From Candidatus Omnitrophota bacterium (GTDB lineage Bacteria; Omnitrophota; Gorgyraeia; B26-G9), in contig JAZDHZ010000002.1 of assembly GCA_043805415.1 (NCBI GenBank), positions 15,773 through 79,772 on the forward strand: a stretch of 64,000 bases of DNA, written 5' to 3'. The translations under genes and the position numbers were made by a program. Shown piece after piece: positions 61,072 through 64,000 of the stretch. Under the pieces are notes generated by a model, which made no database searches, was not told the DNA's origin, and saw nothing but the letters and a program-made list of their open reading frames with translations. The stretch's first letter is position 1. Every line of letters begins with the position of its first letter.

Positions 61072-61584
61072 ATGTCTCAGAGAATTTTAAGGAAAATCTG
61101 CTTTATTAGTTTAGGCGTATTGGTTTTTTTAGGAATAAATAAACAGTCTTTTGCTTTGAGTGACCAACTGCTTTTTGGCAACAATACGGGTTTGCTTATT
61201 GAGGCTCAAACCGATAGAATGATTTACAAAGTTGATCAAGAAGTTATAATCACGGTTTATATAAAAAATAAAACTGAAGATGTCATAGAACTTATTGAAC
61301 CGGCGATTGCCCCAGAATCATTTATGTTTGAAATTGTTGCCCCAGACCGCAAAAAGGATAAATTACTTAATATTTATGGATTAAAATTAGAAACGATTCG
61401 ACTTTATCCTAAGAAAAGAATTAAATTTACTGCTAAATTTTTGCCGGAAACTCCTGGTAATTATGATATTAATATAAAATATAATGGTTTTAAAACCAAG
61501 GCGCTTACTGTTCCTAGCATGCGAGTATTTGTGGTTGGCAATTTACCGGAGACAAGTAAGGATGAGCATCTAGCTGTTGAATGA
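61072..61584 (+). CDS. hypothetical secreted protein
   Basis: ATG after aggagg; signal peptide. Confidence 0.4.
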   Translation: MSQRILRKICFISLGVLVFLGINKQSFALSDQLLFGNNTGLLIEAQTDRMIYKVDQEVIITVYIKNKTEDVIELIEPAIAPESFMFEIVAPDRKKDKLLNIYGLKLETIRLYPKKRIKFTAKFLPETPGNYDINIKYNGFKTKALTVPSMRVFVVGNLPETSKDEHLAVE

Positions 61585-61588
61585 ATAT

Positions 61589-63556
61589 CTAGAGTCCTTC
61601 GCGTAATTGTTTTTCAGCATCAACTTCATCTCGGTTAATCATTTCTAATGAGCGGGAAAGGGTTTGTTTGAATTTACTGCTGATAAAGGGGATAGCGCGT
61701 AATTGCCGGAGTACTTGGATTACCATCCTGAAATAGCGGACTATTTCTCCGGGATCAGCATTTGTTCTTGCGCTGATTACAGCTAAAGATTCATTATTAG
61801 ACCACTTTTCAACTGCCTCAGAAAGGTTGAAAAATGGTTTTTTTGTCAAAGGCCGGATTTTGTATCTTTTTTCTATTTTTAATATTTCCTCAACAACCGG
61901 CGATAATTTTTTATGAATTTTAATAATCTGATGAGGCAGTTTAATATCTAATTGAGTCTTTCTTGGTTCAAACACTAAAGAAGTAAGCACAATATTAAGA
62001 TCAATGCTTGATAGCTCTTCGAGCACACCGCAGAAAAAAAGTTCAGTTAAAAGCAATTCATATCCATAAATCGACGAAGCAAATTTTCCTTTATCAGTCA
62101 GGGTATGGTTGCTAATGCTAATATAATCCATTTCTTTGAGAAGTCTTATTTTTATGTGCAAAATCTCCAAAGCTTTTTTTCTTAATTTTTTATTCGCCTG
62201 ATAAAAATGGAGAGTTTGCGGATAAACTTCATATAATCGATCTTGCCATTTGGCATATAAGTGTAAAAGACTAGCATAAGACAAATTAAATTGACTGATT
62301 ACTGGTTCAGGTTGAGCAAATATCATCTTATTTATTTGATCAATATCTATGCGTGATGGGTTTATCCGGGAGTAGACAAAACCCTCAGTGTCAATGCCTC
62401 GGCGTCCAGCCCGTCCGGCCATTTGATAATAATCGCGAGTGCGAAGATTGGCAAAAAATTGTCCGTAAAATTTTCTTAACTCATCAAAAACTACCGTTCT
62501 TGCAGGCATATTAATTCCCAAAGCAAAAGTCTCAGTGGTAAAAATAAGTTTAATCAGTCGGCTGGTAAATAATTGCTCTACCACTTCTTTTAAGCTGGGC
62601 AATAATCCGGCATGATGATAGGCAACTCCGTTTTCAATTAAACTGCGCATTCTTATGGCTGAAGGCTCTTGGGTTAATCCGAATTTTTTGAGTAAATTAG
62701 TAAATATGCTTTTTAGTTCTGCTTTTTCTTTATCATCAAGAAAATTAAAATAGCGAGTTTCAAATGCCAGTTTTTCACAACGTTTTCGACTAAAAGCAAA
62801 ATAAATAGCCGGCATCTTATCGTTTTGCTGTAAATGCTGGATTAGGGATGAAATTTTGTTTGAGGAAACATTCTTGCTTTCATCACGGAAGTTTCTAAAA
62901 GAATTATGTTTTCTTGTTTTAAAATGAGTTTTTTTTGTCTGAGCATAAATATTTTTGCTCAGTTGCTCAAAATTATCAAGTACTCGGTTGTGGGCTTGAA
63001 AACAATGATGCAGCGGTACTGGACGTTTTTTTTCGATTATTGTTTCCACTGGATGTTTATGAATTTTTCGAATCCAGGCCGAGAGTTGAATCGCGTTAGG
63101 AATCGTAGCACTTAGCGCCAGAATTTTCATGTGCTCTGGACAAAAGATAATTGATTCTTCCCAAACAGTGCCTCTTTCCGGATCGTCAATATAGTGAATT
63201 TCGTCAAAAATAACCCAGGATATGTTTTTCATTCTTTGCGGATCCTCAAGCAAAGTATTTCGGAATATCTCAGTGGTCATGATTAGAATAGGGGCATTGG
63301 CGTTTAAACTGACATCACCAGTCAATATGCCTATATGATTGCCGTATTTCCGGGAAAAATCACGAAATTTCTGATTGGAAAGTGCTTTTATCGGAGCAGT
63401 GTAAACAATCCCTTTGTTTTCCGCTATGCATTTTTCAATAACATATTCAGCAATCGCTGTTTTCCCAGCACCTGTGGGAGCACAGACAATTACCGAATTT
63501 CCATGATCAGTACTGCTAATTGCTCTTTTTTGAAAGGCATCATATATCATTATCAA
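61589..63556 (-). CDS. Ski2-like DEAH (DEIH) helicase with DSHCT-like C-terminus (HelY-type)
   Basis: APTGAGKT; DEIH; SAT; QMAGRAGRRG; ~250-aa C-terminal extension. Confidence 0.8.
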   Translation of the reverse strand: MIMIYDAFQKRAISSTDHGNSVIVCAPTGAGKTAIAEYVIEKCIAENKGIVYTAPIKALSNQKFRDFSRKYGNHIGILTGDVSLNANAPILIMTTEIFRNTLLEDPQRMKNISWVIFDEIHYIDDPERGTVWEESIIFCPEHMKILALSATIPNAIQLSAWIRKIHKHPVETIIEKKRPVPLHHCFQAHNRVLDNFEQLSKNIYAQTKKTHFKTRKHNSFRNFRDESKNVSSNKISSLIQHLQQNDKMPAIYFAFSRKRCEKLAFETRYFNFLDDKEKAELKSIFTNLLKKFGLTQEPSAIRMRSLIENGVAYHHAGLLPSLKEVVEQLFTSRLIKLIFTTETFALGINMPARTVVFDELRKFYGQFFANLRTRDYYQMAGRAGRRGIDTEGFVYSRINPSRIDIDQINKMIFAQPEPVISQFNLSYASLLHLYAKWQDRLYEVYPQTLHFYQANKKLRKKALEILHIKIRLLKEMDYISISNHTLTDKGKFASSIYGYELLLTELFFCGVLEELSSIDLNIVLTSLVFEPRKTQLDIKLPHQIIKIHKKLSPVVEEILKIEKRYKIRPLTKKPFFNLSEAVEKWSNNESLAVISARTNADPGEIVRYFRMVIQVLRQLRAIPFISSKFKQTLSRSLEMINRDEVDAEKQLREGL

Positions 63557-63658
63557 TTAATTATAGGATAAAAACCAAGATAAAACAATGTAATTATTAA
63601 TTAAAATATGAATATCTTCTTTACAATCACGCTCTAAGATGTTATTATTTAAAATGTT

Positions 63659-64000
63659 ATGGAAGAAAAACCTAAAAATCTAACAAATGAAGAAGTAGAT
63701 ATCCTAAAGGAAGTGGGCAATATTTGTGTGGGAAACTCAACAAGTATTCTCTCGCAACTTCTTGGGGGAACGGTTGATGTTCATTTGCCTGGTCTGGATT
63801 TATTATCAGTAAAGGAATTGAACAGCTATATAAAAGAAAAAGGCAAAATGGTTTATGGCGTAAATGCTCAGCTTAGCGCCAATGTGCTGGGAACTATTTT
63901 TTTGCTTTTTCCTGAGAAAGATTCGCTTAAAATTATTGAAAAGTTTTTACAAGGAATTGATGTGCAGGGCGCGGAAGCAATAAAATTTGGAATTTCAATT
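63659..64000 (+). CDS. CheC/FliY-family protein (3'-truncated by the window end)
   Basis: Manual ORF: MEEKPKNLTNEEVDILKEVGNICVGNSTSILSQLLG matches the CheC EIGNI...G...A...L signature. Confidence 0.5.
   Translation, partial: MEEKPKNLTNEEVDILKEVGNICVGNSTSILSQLLGGTVDVHLPGLDLLSVKELNSYIKEKGKMVYGVNAQLSANVLGTIFLLFPEKDSLKIIEKFLQGIDVQGAEAIKFGISI

Noticed and set aside
1-64000. Search for tRNA, rRNA, IS or transposase, and integrase genes
   Set aside because: No GTTCGAATC-type T-arm motifs were seen in intergenic gaps, which are all short. No DDE transposase or integrase-like ORF and no terminal inverted repeats were seen. The candidate island therefore lacks recognisable mobility genes within the window.

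Overview
This 64-kb window is a gene-dense, almost entirely plus-strand chromosomal segment of a low-GC (~36-38% by eye) bacterium. Two genes imply a diderm envelope with LPS: a GT9 heptosyltransferase and a PilQ secretin. Most of the window is housekeeping (trxB, def, rpsO-pnp, dut, ftsK, rimO, pgsA, pgpA, rng, rplU, rpmA, obg, proBA, nadD, rsfS, argS, lpdA) plus three blocks. (1) A MoxR - DUF58 - membrane/DUF4129 triad whose third gene carries a ~500-aa low-complexity insert with 42-nt tandem repeats. (2) A glycan-biosynthesis cluster: flippase-like protein, an unlisted Trm112-like small ORF, 2x GT2, 2x GT4, AsnB. (3) A full type IV pilus locus: pilT, pilT2, pilB, pilS, pilR, pilC, two paralogous pilins behind a sigma54 promoter, and a separate pilMNOPQ operon. 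The most unusual stretch is ~18.2-23.1 kb. It breaks the housekeeping context with five ORFs of no confident function, including a GC-enriched 664-aa signal-peptide protein with a cysteine-less ROK-like domain, then an AT-rich region holding a stop-split ORF. argS is split by a frameshift at an A4 run. No tRNA, rRNA, CRISPR array or transposase was recognised.
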